Shown: positions 36,971 through 51,274, numbered from the stretch's first letter. The stretch: 64,000 bases of DNA from Octopus vulgaris (GCA_951406725.2 OX597815.1:113398001-113462000), one strand, 5' to 3'. The notes: generated by a model not told the origin, from the letters alone. Made by a program: numbers and translations.

Positions 36971-39679
36971 TTATGATAAGGTACTGCCTGATAGATGACA
37001 ATCCTAAAAACAAATATCAAGAAGAGCCCTGAACAACAGCAAACAACAAATACACTCTTGACCAATGAGAAGACTTCTATGGAATCATACATGTTAGAAA
37101 TAGTAGGCAAATCTCCATGAAATCACAAAATCACATCCTTCAATTTGCAAAAAAATGACTGAATTGGATAATGTAATCATTAAAAGAAAAGACCTGATGA
37201 TTATAACTGAAATACTTTTATTCTTAGGTTTGTTCATTTAAGACTGACTTCCAGTTAAACCACAGCAACAGTGTTTTATCTCTTTCTAATTACACACATT
37301 AATAGAATTTGCTACCACCTAGCCAAATAGGGAGGTTGCTTATGAAGACAAATGAACAGGTTGTGGCTTCCACATTAACCATAACAGTAAGGATAGGATG
37401 AATAAAGGCAGTATAAACCTACTTCTGTCTCTCATAGCCAAGTGGCTGTATCTGTTCAGCCTTTTGGTTCATATCACAGTAACACAGCTTTATTGTAGTG
37501 TTAAGGAAATCTTCAGTGTTAGAACACTGAAAGTGTGTTTGAATTAGTATAGGTTGGCAGATAGTACGATAATACAGTCGAAAATGTATGCCAACATATC
37601 TCGTCCCAGAACCATGTCTGCATTGTAAAATAGAGGCTTAAAAGCATGGCTGACATAAAATATTCATTGACATAAAATAAAAGTGATAAGAAAGAAAACA
37701 CAAAAATATATAATGGTTTAGATCAGAAAAGAAAGGCAGTGCCCACAACCCATTTTTCAAACCTCCAAGATTGGTCATCAGAGGATAGGGCAAAATTATC
37801 TCAAACCAGAAATCTGACCAGGACATTTGCTACTAAAAACGCCCAAGGGACAGGTGGTGCTATTGAAGTGAGCAATAATTAGGTCTAACACTGAAAACTG
37901 TTTGAAAGAAGAAAGAAGAAAAAAAACACTATATTAAGTTGGTTTTTGGCTTTAATAGCAAAGAATGTTTAGATTAAAACATGTTCATAAACAAAGAAAA
38001 AAGAAAATGAAATATGTATCAGTGCAAATCCTATTAGAATATGTTTCAGCTTTTGATCAGCTGTAGACTTCTAGTTAAAATGTAACTAAACAAAACAAAT
38101 TCAAAAATTTGATTCTTATCTGCAGAAGGAAATCTTTCTTGATCACACACACAATCATTTGTCTGTTTTTCTTTGAGCAAAACAAGGGACTATTCTTAAC
38201 TCTCCCACTATAAACAGGCACAATGTAGTTTAAAATTTCTTGATTCTGTTTTTCTTTTAGATGGTCTCTGAGTTAGTATTGGGAGTGGGTGGGTGGGTGG
38301 TGCCTTCTTAGCAAACACTTGCCAAAGTATTCACTTCAGATATATAGTGATACCAAAGACATAGATCTATAGCTTGTTTGTTTAAGTTCTATTCCACTCA
38401 ATCAACAATAATAATAATGATAATAATAATAACAACAACAACAACCTCATCACATAGAACAAGAACAACAGCAGCAAGTAAGATTAGGAAAGAATTGTGA
38501 TGTTCAGTGATAATAAGTGAAACTATTCCAAATGGGCATTGAAACTGGATTCTGGGTTTTATTTGCTGAGAATTTACTATTGTGCCAGGTGTCTGAAATA
38601 ATTTGATTTAAGCATCCCAGTATTTAACTGGTACTTATTTTGTGAACTCCAAAAGAATGTGAAACAAAATCACTTTCTCCCTACACCCATCTTGCGAGTT
38701 ATGAACTAAGAATATAAAATTATGTAACTAAATACTGCAAAGCATTTTGTCCAACACTCTACTGATTCTGTCAATCCACAGACCAATGAATGAATATCCA
38801 TTATAGACAAAATGGTCATAAATTTTGTTGAAGGTTGTAGTCAGTCAGATTGACCACTGCTTCTCCCCAGCACTTAACCAATGCTTATTTTATTATATTT
38901 TTGCCTCAGGTTTTTAACTGGTATTTTATTGACTCCTGTATTTAAATGCTATTTCATTTTATCAGCCCCCCACCAGTTCTTAACCTGTGTAAATCGGATC
39001 AACTTCATTATATAATTGGTATTTATTTGGTCAGTTCTTGTATTTGACTAATGTTTGCTTTACCAATTCCCACTACCAGTTATTAACAGGTATTTATTCT
39101 ATCATCCACCCACTTAGTTCTTAACAGGTGTCAGTTAAATCAACCTCAATATTTTATTTGTACTTATTTTATTAACCCCACTACTAAACAGAAACTTTAT
39201 TTTTTTTCAACTTAATTGTTACTTATTTTATCAACTCCAGAGGGATAAAAAGAAACCCCAAGCCATTCCCAATGAGCTTCAAACCCAGAACCTCGTGTGA
39301 TGTAGATAAAATATTCTAAATAATATAAGGCATTTTGAACACATGGTTGCTTAGGTTAAACTTAGTTATTCTGAAGAGCATGTGTATTTAATTTTTTTTT
39401 CTTACATAAAATGAATTTCTTAAAGTTTTTAGTCATGTGTATAGTACTCTTTCACCCTCTTTTGGGATTGTCAGCATGGCATAACTCAAAACCCAAATTA
39501 AGTTAAATTCAATATTCTATGAAGTTTCTTAAAAGGAGAGGCAGTAAAAGATAGAATATAGTTTATAGCTTAAAGAGATATATTTCTTGTCTTTTTTATC
39601 CCTACCCCATGCCCCCATCCCCCAACTGGTCTCTAGCACACTAACAACAATGATACTACTGTTCATGTAATAGTTTCAA

Positions 39680-39900
39680 ATGTTTCAAATTTGAGCACAG
39701 AGCCAGCAGTTTTTGAGGGATGAGTTAAGTCAATTACATCTACCCCAGTATTTTACTGGTACTTATTTTTTTTTTTTGATACTGAAAGGATAGTTAATAA
39801 AGTCAACCTCGGTGGAATCTGAGCTCCAAACATAAAGACAGACAAAATGGTGCTAAGCATTTTGCCTGGCATGCTAATGAGTCTGCCAGCTCACTGCCTT
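39680..39900 (-). mobile_element. SINE family B
   Basis: GCTAAGCATTTTGCCTGGCATGCTAATGAGTCTGCCAGCTCACTGCCTT is the reverse-complemented head. Confidence 0.75.
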
Positions 39901-40745
39901 GCTGCTATTACTATAATGATAGTGATGATGATAAATGACATTAACCATTTGTTAGTCTTCTAAGGAAGTATGAAAGATAGCAAAGACCAATGTCTTGTTC
40001 ATTATACCAGTTTACAAAGTTGCTGTTGTTGCTAATATCATTGTCTTTTTTTTTCTTTTCTCCAGATTCAAGATTCACAACTAACCAACCAACCAACTCA
40101 CAAAATTAATAAGTAATATACACTTCCCAGTGTATATAAAAGAACAAAGGAGGAATTCTGTAAGTTGGTATATTATATCATATTGTGCTCTGTATATCAA
40201 GTCTTGTTGTCACAGTTGTAAACCAAATTTATGAGCAAGACAGTACATAACAAAGAATGTTTTGTTACTAAGTACAAAATGCTTATTTATTATTTTTTTT
40301 ATTGTATGTAGTGTGTGTGTATGTGTGGAGAGAGTAGTTAAACCTAATTAAACTTATTACAGTATTTTACATTTCTTTTTCATAAACTTTCCATCACCCC
40401 ACAAAATAAAGATGTTTGGCATTCAACTCATTATCTTTAAGCTAAGGAAAATAAGAGCCTATGAGGGAACCTGTGTGTGGTTGTTAGACATGCTAGAAAT
40501 AGCAGCAATATCACCATCAGATCACACCCGCAAAGACTGACGGAAACATCATATAATGTAGTTCTACATATATGATGTCTGAATAAAAGATGAAATGGTC
40601 ATGTCTTGAATGTCTTTGATCATAAGGCCTTCTGAATCAAGGTTGACCTGGGGCTAAACAACTGCCAGTTTCCTTGGGGAAAGGGATATATATTATTGAT
40701 TTTTCCCTAATATATGAGTTACACTTATTTAATCACTCTCTAGAG

Positions 40746-41178
40746 TAGTGGTTGTCATACCTTGTGTGCCCCACAAGATTTTGTTGTTAAAAGTTATGTG
40801 CAATAAATTGGTTACACCTCTACAATACACAAAACATTTTAACAAATCTTTTTAATACAATTCTGAATAATATTTAACCCCTTAGTGTTTAAACTGGTCA
40901 TATCCAACCAAAATATTTTATCTGTTTTTAATGTTCATACTAGCTAGATCTAGCCTCTCACACCTTGCCTACATTGTCATTCTAAACATGTGTTATTACA
41001 TCATCAAAATCTTGGAGCTACAAGATAATACAGGATTGATTCAAGATAATCATTATATTTGACAGAGTAATTAGGATGCTAAAGGGTTAATCATAAACAA
41101 TATGATTTTTTTTCAGCATTGAATTACTAGAGAGTCCAAAGGGTTCCATAGATAAAAAAAAATGGTTGAGAAATACTG
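40746..41178. mobile_element. hAT (Charlie-like) MITE with nested piggyBac-type MITE
   Basis: Perfect 8-bp TSD CTCTAGAG (40738-40745, 41179-41186); degenerate TIRs TAGTGGTTGTCATACC / GGTTGAGAAATACTG. Confidence 0.75.
40874..41090 (-). mobile_element. piggyBac-type MITE
   Basis: TTAA-CCCCTTAG...ATGCTAAAGGG-TTAA; reverse complement of the 24191 copy. Confidence 0.8.
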
Positions 41179-43964
41179 CTCTAGAGAAATGAAAGATAAA
41201 AACCAGCTGCACCAGCATTTGAACTCAGAATGCTAATAGCTGGAACTAAATAGTGAAAAGCATTCAGTGTTGCACTCAACTATTTCAGCCCTAACCCTAA
41301 TCTGAAAGAATTTAAAAGCAATTGCTTGTGAGATTTTAAGCCAAACCTTAGAAGGTCGAAACTGAATACTTCAAGAAAATTTAGTGCAACACTTTACTTC
41401 TGTCAATTCACTTGGCTAAACAAATAATCAAATTTAAATATCTGAATAATGAAATAAAAATAAGCTTCATTTCTCAAATTTATTGGTTTAGTTTTTTGCT
41501 TTTTAAAGTTTTTAATTTATCGTGTTCCTGGGTTAAGTTTGGTAAAATAATACATCAACTTTGCATGTAACTAAATAATCAGTGATGTCAGTAGTTTTGT
41601 GACTTTTGGTTCAAGGCTTGTTGTGCCAGTACAGATATATATGTGTGCTTATTTCTGTAGACATTCGAGTTTGTGGGTGTTTATCTCTATGTGTGTGTGT
41701 ATGAATGCATAGTATCATCATCATCACCATCATTTAACATCCACCTTCCATGCTAGCATAGGTTGCACAGTTTGACAGGGGCTGGTATGCCAGAGAACTG
41801 CACCAAGCTCTACTCTCTGCTTTGGCATGGTTTCTACAGTTGGATGCACTTCCTAATACCAAGGATGCACTTCCTAGTACTTGTTGGATGCACTTCCTAA
41901 TACCCAATGCACTTCCTAATACCTTTCTGTATATGTATATATGTATGTGTATATATGTGTGTATATGTGTATGTATGTGTGCACGCACACATGTGCATGT
42001 GTGTGTCTGTGTGTAGTACAGGCATGGCTGTGTGGTTTGTAGGTCACTTTACAACCATATAGTTTCAGGTTCAGTCCCAATGCATTGCATGTACAGCACA
42101 TTGGGCAAATTTCTGAATAGCTCCACATATATACATACACACAATTTGAGGAAATTTTCTCCTGTAAATAATATCAGTATTCATACATATAATTCCAGTC
42201 TCAAATGTTTTTATTTTTCCCAAAAATATTTTTCATAACAGTTTTTTATATCATTCATCTTTAATTTACTATACTCTGTTCTCATAAAGCAAAAGTATAT
42301 ACGCTTTCCACACACATTCACCCTGTATATTCACCCAGTCATGTTAGAAAAATAAACCAATATAATAATCTTGGGTTCAGTGTCCAATCAAAGTCCAGTA
42401 TCACATTCAAGATTGCCTGCATTTCCCCCAGTTTTCTGTCAGCTTTTTCTATTTAAGATTAGATGGACATTCTTGTTCTAATCTTCAGTACCATCTGTAA
42501 AATCAGAAACATTAAACTCGAAGTAACAATTAGAGGAATTCTTAGGCTTCTGACATCATTTTTACAAGGAAAAGATAGAATTTACTTCAAAGTTTTAGCT
42601 TCATAGCCTTCATTGATCTGATAATAAGGGCTACTAAAGAAATATTTCAAGGTAGCACTCAACCTTTGCCTTTTCTTTTTATTTGTTTCAGTCATTGGAT
42701 CATGGCTGTGCTGGGGCACTACTTTGAAGGATTTTTATCAAACAAATTAACCCCAGCACTTATTTACTGCAGATAAGTTGCAGGGACATAAACAAACCCA
42801 CAAGTAGTGATAGAGGACAAAAACAAAAACACACATAGACATATACCTATAAATACAACAGGCTTCTTTTTGGTTTCCATCTACTAAATCTACTCACAAG
42901 GCTTTAGTTGGCCTGATGTTACAGTAGGACTGAACCTTGAGTCATGTGGTTTAGAAGCAAGCTTCTTACCACCAGTTATGCCTGTGCTTTTTAAATATAA
43001 AAAAATGTTTTGTCTGAAAGGTGGTAAGTGATCCTTCAACTTAATGCTTCACAGTTTTTCTCCATAATTATACATAAAATGGACATGTGTATGGACAGAT
43101 ATATAAACCATGTTGGTGTTAGGAAGGGTGTCCAGCCATAAAAGTCATGCTAAGCAGACACTAGAACTTGATGTGATTCTTGGAAACATCAGTTCCTGCC
43201 AAACATTTCAACTTATACCAGCATGGAACATGGACATTAAATGATGATGATGTGCACACATGCATGCATTCAAGTTCAAAAATTCAACATAACTTAGTAC
43301 TCTGAGTTGTAATGAATTTCTCAACTTAAATTATTTACACTACCATCTCAGTCTTGAGTTCTCTTTTTTTTTTTTGTTTTGAAAACTACTTGGCAGACGA
43401 ATTTGGTACAGCACCAGACAATTTGCTTTTTCGCCTTTATAATATATCTCTTTGCATCATGAGTTCAAATCCCATGAGTTGATTTGGCCTTTGAACCTGT
43501 CTGGGTTGATAAAGTATTTCAACAAATGATGTCTACTACATTCCACCTCTACAAACATGGGGCCTTGTAAGTAATATAAGAAAAGAAATTATAGAGTTAG
43601 CAGAGTGCCAGAGCCAGACATTTTATATTTCGAGGGATTGACTTTAATTGTTATCCCTTTGGAGTTGACAAAATTAGCATCAGGAATGTTCTGTTGTGGG
43701 GAAAGGACAAATTAAAACAATGTAATCCTCTCCCCAAAAGTGAAACATTCTGTCATCATCGTCATCCTCATTTAACATCTGCCTTCCATGCTGGCTACTA
43801 TTTTATTATGATTATTATTATTCAAAATGCTTTCCAGGATTCTGTCTATTAATAAATTCTGCATTCAAATTCTGCCTGGGTTGACTGGGCTTAATGTAAT
43901 AAAATTATCCCTCTCCTCTAGCTGGCTGGCCTTGTGACAAAATTCAAAACTATTATTATCATTA

Positions 43965-44281
43965 TTTTATTTATTTATGCGTCCTTTTCAAGCCTAGCCA
44001 GGCTCATGGGCCCGGTTTCCCGGTTTCTATGGCGCATGTGTTCCCCCCAGCTGGACGGGATGCCAGTCCATCGCACTGTTACGCAAGAAACAGGAAGAAA
44101 GAGTGAGAGAAAGTTGGGTCGAAAGAATACAACAGGGGTCGCCACCACCCCCTGCCGGAGCCTCATGGAGCTTTAGGTGTTTTCACTCAATAAACACACA
44201 CAACGCCCAGTGTGGGGATCGAAACAGCGATCCTCCGACCGCGAGTCTGCTGCCCTAACCACTAGGCCATTGCACCTCCAC
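43965..44281 (-). mobile_element. tRNA-derived SINE family D with 13-bp TSD
   Basis: Minus strand TGGCCTAGTGGTTAGGGCAGC..GTTTCGATCCC, GATGGACTGGCATCCCGTCCAG domain, (TAAA)n tail. ATTATTATCATTA at 43952-43964 and 44282-44294. Confidence 0.85.
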
Positions 44282-44676
44282 ATTATTATCATTACTATTC
44301 CAATAACTGCCATGATAGTTTCTTTATTGGCCACAGGAGTCCACTACATAAAATAGAAAAATACATAAATAAATAATATAAAATAAAATGACAAATATGT
44401 GTTAAGTTTCTATTCTGATGACATTTTCAGTTTATAAATTATCTTTCCTGTATCTTGAGTTCCTTTGACAGATCTGCATTTAATTTAGGTTAAATATTTA
44501 TTATCTCCCTTGATTGTTTCCTCACTTATCCCTTGCAGTCAACTATTATTGTTGTTTCTCATTACATTTTTTTCTCTTTTATATTTTCTAATTTTCTAAA
44601 ATAAGCTCGCAATGGTTTGCTTGATGGTGTTATTTTATATTTTTATTTGCTTTGTTAATATCTTGTTTTTTGATTA

Positions 44677-44720
<44 letters not shown>

Positions 44721-45083
44721 GCTTTTCTTTTTTTATATATATATTGGAGGTGGGAGTTAGAACTATTAATGTTTAGTTTGAAGAAAGTATGTTATGTTAA
44801 AGTTTGTCTGGGAAGACGTAGGAAGGGTGGAAAGAAGAATGTGAAAGAGATAGATTTCCAGAGGGACTCCGTTCTGGGAGTAAAGATTTCCACAATGTGT
44901 TTATGTATGTATTTATATATTTGGACATGAAAAAGTCACAACAGAAAGCAGATAAATAAAAAAAAAACCCACCTTGGTACATACGTACATAAATACATAC
45001 ATATACACATATACATACATGCATACATACATATTTATATGCTCACATATATATGTATATAGCAAAAGGATTGTTTCTATTTT

Positions 45084-45126
<43 letters not shown>

Positions 45127-45229
45127 TATCTTTTATCTTTTACTTGTTTCAGCCATTAGACTGTGGCCATGCTAGGGCACCGCCTTGAAGAATTTTGAGT
45201 CAAATGAATCAACCCTAGTACTTATTGAA

Positions 45230-45265
<36 letters not shown>

Positions 45266-45352
45266 TCGGTAAACCATAAATCTGAAAAAGAAGCACACTC
45301 TAAGTTATAGAGCAGCTTATAATATAAATAAAGTTAGTTAAGGCCAGTTTAA

Positions 45353-45413
45353 GGGATTATCCTGGGTTTCACATCCATAAGGCATTTAGCTTTACAGCAT
45401 ATCATCAGATTCC
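45353..45413 (-). other. hammerhead motif, cleavage triplet mutated
   Basis: Minus strand GGAAT-CTGATGA-...CTGTAAAGC(TAAAT)GCCTTATGG...GAAAC-CCAG-GAT-AATCCC. Confidence 0.5.
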
Positions 45414-45521
45414 AAAACCTGTTGGCTTAAGCCCTCTCTAGTGAGTAGCCTCTCTAGAATACGGAGGGGGAAAGGACCTCGCTAGTCAATGTCAACAACA
45501 GGGGATTGTGTCTCCCTTTGA

Positions 45522-45750
45522 CTATTGATCACCAGTGACCCTGTTATCCTGTGGGTTCCAATAGGCTAACAGGAATTTCCTGAAATGCAAGCATGGTCTG
45601 AAGACCTCCATTCTGGGGTAAAAGATGTTCCCTGGGCCGAAGGAGTCATTTAGAATTCTCACCCATTCCGTAATGCATAGTTTACAGCGCTTGGTCCCAT
45701 TTATGTAGGAGCCTGAATTTTCTAGGGTAATCAATAGCCAGACGAAGACA
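45522..45750 (-). pseudogene. PLE ORF C-terminus (GIY-YIG endonuclease C-terminal region)
   Basis: SYINGTKRCKLCITEWVRIL...NIFYPRMEVFRPCLHFRKFLL fits the recalled PLE pattern Y-x5-C-x-L-C-x2-E...N-x-R-x-E-x4-C-x-H. Confidence 0.7.
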
Positions 45751-45828
45751 ATCCCCTGTTGTTGACATTGTGAAGCAAGGTCCTTTCCTCCTCCATATTC
45801 TAGAGAGGCCTTAAACCCAATAGGTTTT

Positions 45829-45889
45829 GGGATCTGATGATAAGCCATAAAGCTAAATGCTTTATGGACGTGAAACCCTGGTTATTCCC
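45829..45889 (+). ncRNA. type-I hammerhead ribozyme motif
   Basis: GGGAT-CTGATGA-TAAG-CCATAAAGC(TAAAT)GCTTTATGG-ACGT-GAAAC-CCTG-GTT-ATTCC; base of stem II imperfect. Confidence 0.6.
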
Positions 45890-45915
45890 ATAAACTGGCA
45901 TTATCTAACTTTATT

Positions 45916-46676
45916 CATCATCATCATCATCATCATCATCGTTTACCATCCGCTTTCCATGCTAGCACGGGTTGGACGATTTTGACTGAGGGCTGGCGAA
46001 CCAGATGGCTGCGACAGGCTCCAATCTTGATTTGGCAGAGTTTCTACAGCTGGATGCTCTTCCTAACTCCAACCATTCTGAGAGTGTAATGGGTGCTTTT
46101 TACGTGCAACTGGCATGGGGGCCTATCAGGTAGTACTGGCAACGACCTCGCTCAAATCTTTTTATACATGCCACCAGCACAGGTGCCAGTAAGGCGACGC
46201 TGGTTACAATCACGCTCAAATGGTGCCCTTTTACGTGCCACCGGCATGGAAGCCAGTTGGCTGCTCTGGCAATGATCATGCTTGGATGGTGCTCTTGGCA
46301 CCCTACTAGCATGGGCACAAGTGCCAGTAAGGCGACGCTGGTAATGATCACACTTGAATGGTGCCTTTTATGTGCCACTGGCACAGAAGCTGGTTAGCCG
46401 CTCTGTCAACGATCATGCTCGTATGGTGCTCTTTGCACCCCGCTTGTACGGATACCAGTCATTGAATGTGATTTTGATTTCACTTGCCTCAACAGGTCTT
46501 TGCAAGCAGAGTTTAGTGTCCAAGGAAGGAAGAGGTATGCATAAGGGGATGGTTACGCTCCTGGCATGAGCCACAGGTTATGGTCTCATTTGGCTTGCCA
46601 GGTCTTCTCAAGCACAGCATATTTCCAAAAGTCTTGGTTGCTAGTCATTTCCTTAGTGAGGCCTAATGTTCGAAGA
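45916..46676 (-). mobile_element. RTE LINE 3' fragment (subfamily with duplicated 3'UTR block)
   Basis: (CAT)n tail; colinear with 54485-55191; reaches the ORF2 terminus. Confidence 0.85.
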
Positions 46677-47076
46677 GGTGCAGGAGCAGTTGTGTATTAA
46701 GTAGCTTGCTTACCTACCACATGGTTCTGGATTCAGTCCCATTGCGTGACACCTTTGGCAAGTGTCTTCTACTACAGCTTTGGGCTGGCCAAAGCCTTGT
46801 GAGTGGATTTGGTAGACTGAAACTGCTAGAAGCCCATCATGTATGTATGTATGCATATATGTATGTATGTATGTGTGTTTGTGTGTCTGCGTTTGTACTG
46901 CCACCATTGCTTGACAATCAATGTTGGTGTATTTACATCTCCATAACTTAGCACTTCGGCAAAAGAGACCAACAGAATAAGTACAAGGCTTACAAAGAAT
47001 AAGTCCTGGGGTTGATTTGTTCAACCAAAGGTGGTGTTCCAGCATGGCTGCAGTCAAGTGACTGAAGCAAATAAAA

Positions 47077-47080
<4 letters not shown>
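46677..47080 (+). mobile_element. full-length SINE family A
   Basis: GGTGCAGGAG head through GACTGAAGCAAATAAAAGAAT. Confidence 0.85.
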
Positions 47081-47115
<35 letters not shown>

Positions 47116-47371
47116 CATGGCTGGCATCTTACAGTTTCCATCTACTAAATTGTCTCACAAGGCTTTAGTTGGCCTGAAACTATAGCAGAAGACACTTATT
47201 CATTGTGCCATGCAGTGGGATATATCTGTATGTAAGTATATATGTATGTATGTCATTGTTCAGCTTTATTTCAAGATTTCTTGGCAATAGAAAAAAGAGC
47301 CGCTTTCTAACCTAGATCCAAGGTTCCTCCATTGGAATTTCAACATCAACAACAGGATATTTTTGTTTGTA

Positions 47372-47403
<32 letters not shown>

Positions 47404-47939
47404 AGTGTGAGTGTGTGTGTGTTTGTGCATGTACACACACATGTATAAGAAAAAACTATAAAAACAAAATGTGCAGGCATGGCCATGTAGTTAAGTTCAT
47501 TTCCCTATCACATGGTTTGGGGTTCAGTCCCACTGTGTGATACTCTGGAGAAATATCTTCTAATATATCTTGTGCCAAGTGAATTTAGTAGATGGAAACT
47601 GTGTGGAAGCCCATCATATGTATGTATATACATGGATGTGTGTTTGCATGCATATGTGTGTGTTTCTGTTTGTTCTCAGCTGGTACTGGTCTGTTTATGT
47701 CTGTAACTTAACACCTCAGTTAAAATGACCAACTGAATGAGAACCAAACTTAAAATACAAACTAGAGAAGATTTGCTTAACTAAACTATCAAGGCAGTGC
47801 CCCAGTATGGCCACAGTTTGGTGACTGGAAAAATAAAAGAATACCATAGAATATATATAAATAAGTTCTTTACAGAACTATATTTCTTAGTTTGCTCAAA
47901 AACAATTTAGGCGTTATAAAACTGTGAAAGACATGCAGG

Positions 47940-47983
<44 letters not shown>

Positions 47984-48743
47984 AAACAAGCATTACTGAA
48001 TATGTTTAAGCATACAAAGTTAATTATCTCTAATTTTCCTAACAAGGTTATATGTCACACACCTCTTGGTAAAAGCTGTGAATATGTTTCTCATCATTTC
48101 TCTGTGTGTGTGTGTGTGTGTAACTTAGCCAGAAGTGAAGGAAACATGTCTGATCTAACTTAAATTGTTGCACTGTACAACACTAAATGGTATAATACAA
48201 ATATAGCTATTTAAAAGTCATGTTAAAAGTGGCCTTGTCTTGGAGAATGTTTACTCTAAAAGCCAACCTCGTACTCACTCCATCAGGCAAGCAGCAAGTA
48301 GCATTGGTGTTGTAATATAAGATATGGTGTACCCAGGACATTAAGTCCAGAAAAACAACTATTTTAGTGCTGGTGGAGTCTTACTAAATACACCTGGTTC
48401 TACTTGACAGCTCAATGTTTGACATACATGCAAGTTAAGGAGAAAAACAGCTACAATAAAGCACCTGATTCATTCAAGGAGTGGCTATAACATATTATAT
48501 GATACTAAGACACTCATGCAAGAAATACAGGAATGTGTGTGTGTGTGTGTGTGTAGGTAGGTATGTAGGTATTCACATACTAAATCTATATTTGAAATAA
48601 GAAATTTACCTACCTGTGGTAAGTAAAAAAGTAAGTAAATATCTAATAGAAAGACTTCCCAAGTCTTGAAGACTGAGTTAGCATTTAGATAGACACTGTT
48701 TATAAGATTTGAAAAGTCTTATCTGAGCATGGAAAGAATAAAC

Positions 48744-49130
48744 CTCGATGGTGGTAATTGCAGGACATCCAAACCTTGGGTCATCTTCAAGACTCTCCCT
48801 TCTCCTCCTAAATTCAGCAGCCCACTTCTGCACTGTTGATGAAGCTGGAGCATCATCCACTAATGTAGCAATCATGTCAACATGAATATCATTGGAGGCT
48901 AAAACCTTTTTCTGTTGGTACTTGATAACACCATGATGCCAAATTTTGTCCATTCTCAAGAGAAATCACTACTAGTTACATTTGAAGTTTTCTTTGAACA
49001 GTCAGATGTCAGCTTACCTGGAAAGAAACTATGCAGTTATCAAGAAGTGCTGAAATTTATGCATGCAAGATTTTACAGCTCTGGCATCACTGCTTTATAG
49101 TCAACCTATGAACTTTTCAGCCCACCCTTG
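48744..49130 (-). mobile_element. mariner transposon 5' fragment (TIR + transposase N-terminus 48953-48744)
   Basis: MDKIWHHGVIKY..DIHVDMIATLVDDAPASSTVQKWAAEFRRRRESLEDDPRFGCP matches the mariner HTH and the (S)GRP motif. TIR-like AGGGTGGGCTGAAAAGTTC upstream. Confidence 0.85.
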
Positions 49131-49529
49131 GATGTTGCAACACTTACCCTAATTAATAAAATGAATTATAAAATAATAGAATAAGTAAATAGATAAATAA
49201 ATAAATAAGCCATTTCCCCCATTACTTATAGTATAACCACACCCACTATACAGCATTAATTGCCAGCCATTTATAGTACAATAGCATTGTTTAAGCCAGC
49301 CAGTCATAACACAATATCTACCCCTTAATCCAATCTATTATTTAACACCCTTCTTCAGCTATAAAAGAAATTGCAGACATGACTTGATGACTATAAAATT
49401 TCAAGCCTGTTTCCTTATACATTAACTGCCTGGCTATTCACACTATTCTAATGCCTGAGCAGTTGTGTCAGTGACCGGGTTGCCAGTGTTTGACAAAACT
49501 TTTTGACGCTTGATAATATTCAGTAGCAG

Positions 49530-49743
49530 TACTCTTTTTTACTCTTTCATTAGACTGCAGCCATGCTGGAGCACCGCATTTAGTCGAGCAAATCGATCCC
49601 AGGACTTATTCTTTGTAAGCCTAGTACTTATTCTATCGGTCACTTTTGCCAAACCGCTATGTTACGGGGATGTAAACACACCACCATCAGTTGTCAAGCG
49701 ATGTTGTGGGAACAAACACAGACACACAAACACATACACACAC

Positions 49744-49786
<43 letters not shown>

Positions 49787-49960
49787 TGTATATATGACGG
49801 GCTTCTTTCAGTTTCCGTCTACCAAATCCACTCACAAGGCTTTGGTCAGCCCGAGGCTATAGTAGAAGACACTTGCCCAAGGTGCCATGCAGTGGGACTG
49901 AACCTGGAACCATGAGGTTGGTAAGCAAGCTACTTACCACACAGCCACTCTTGTGCCTAT
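49530..49960 (-). mobile_element. full-length SINE family A
   Basis: Well-preserved reverse-complement copy. Confidence 0.88.
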
Positions 49961-50462
49961 ACAGTCAAGAAATAAAACATAAATGAAAATAATAGTATAT
50001 AAATGTTTTAAATTACTATCATTGCTCTTCTAGTAGGTGTAATTGTTTTATATGCATTTGTATATATGGGTGTTTATGTATGTATGTGTGTGTATAAGTA
50101 TAAATACGTGCATACCTACACATGTGTATGTGTGTGTGTGTGTGAAATATTATTAAACACATATACTAATGTATATGCTTTTTGTGGCTTTTCAGCATCA
50201 CGTGCCCACCTGGGTTGAAGGCACATATGTATTTAATAAAGATTTTTTTTTTTTTAAATGACAAAACATCAATGTCGCTTCCAAATGGGATTGAGGGTGA
50301 GTTATCTCACCTGTCCATGGCTCTCAGGTGTTTTAACATTGGCGACATGAGAGTTATATACTCTACTACATCATTGCAGCCACTGGAAAGTACACAAAAC
50401 ATATACATTAGTATATGTGCTTAATAATATTTATTATACTAGAGCTACTTTTACCTTATATG

Positions 50463-50513
<51 letters not shown>

Positions 50514-50756
50514 GGGAAATAAGAAAATGGAGAGGATATAAAATTGACAAACATCAGCCTGTGAACACTCCATTATATCTATTTATCAAATGATAACAAA
50601 CAGGTGTTTAAGTGGTACAAGTAAACGAATGAGATCAACCAATAATTACGCAAACAGATAGTAAGCACTTGGTTAAAAATACGTAGGCACACATCCAGTA
50701 GTGTATTGGATATTTAATATTCCTTAGATGGTTTATTAACCTCTAACTCATACAGA

Positions 50757-51020
50757 CATCATCATCATCATCATCATCATCGTTTAATGTCCGTTCTCCA
50801 TGCTAGCATGGGTTGGATGGTTCGACCGGAGATCTGGGAAGCCAGAAGGCTGCACCAGGCTCCAGTCTTATCTGGCAATGTTTCTACAGCTGGATGCCCT
50901 TCCTAACGCCAACCACTCCGTGAGTGTAGTGGGTGCTTTTTACATGCCACCTGCACAGGTGCCAGGCGAGGCTGGCAACGGTCACAGTCGGATTGGTGCA
51001 TTTTACGTGCCACCGGCATG
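50757..51020 (-). mobile_element. RTE LINE 3' fragment
   Basis: (CAT)n tail and CTACAGCTGGATGCCCTTCCTAACGCCAACCACTCC. Confidence 0.85.
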
Positions 51021-51032
51021 GACATATATAAG

Positions 51033-51066
<34 letters not shown>

Positions 51067-51074
51067 CATATTAG

Positions 51075-51154
<80 letters not shown>

Positions 51155-51274
51155 TATATATATATATACACATAATATATATATATATACACATAAATAT
51201 ATATACATATATATATATTTTGGGGGATTTGGTTTGCAAGATTCTTTTTGTGAGTTCATGTGTTAAAGCATAAT

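Larger units (their letters stand above)
45327..45915 (-). mobile_element. Penelope-like element, 5'-truncated, with inverted terminal-repeat copy
   Basis: Inverted arms 45327-45509 / 45748-45915, each with a hammerhead motif, enclosing the ORF C-terminus. Confidence 0.8.

Noticed and set aside
41282-41300. CCCTAACCCTAA telomere-like repeat
   Set aside because: Only two units; expected by chance
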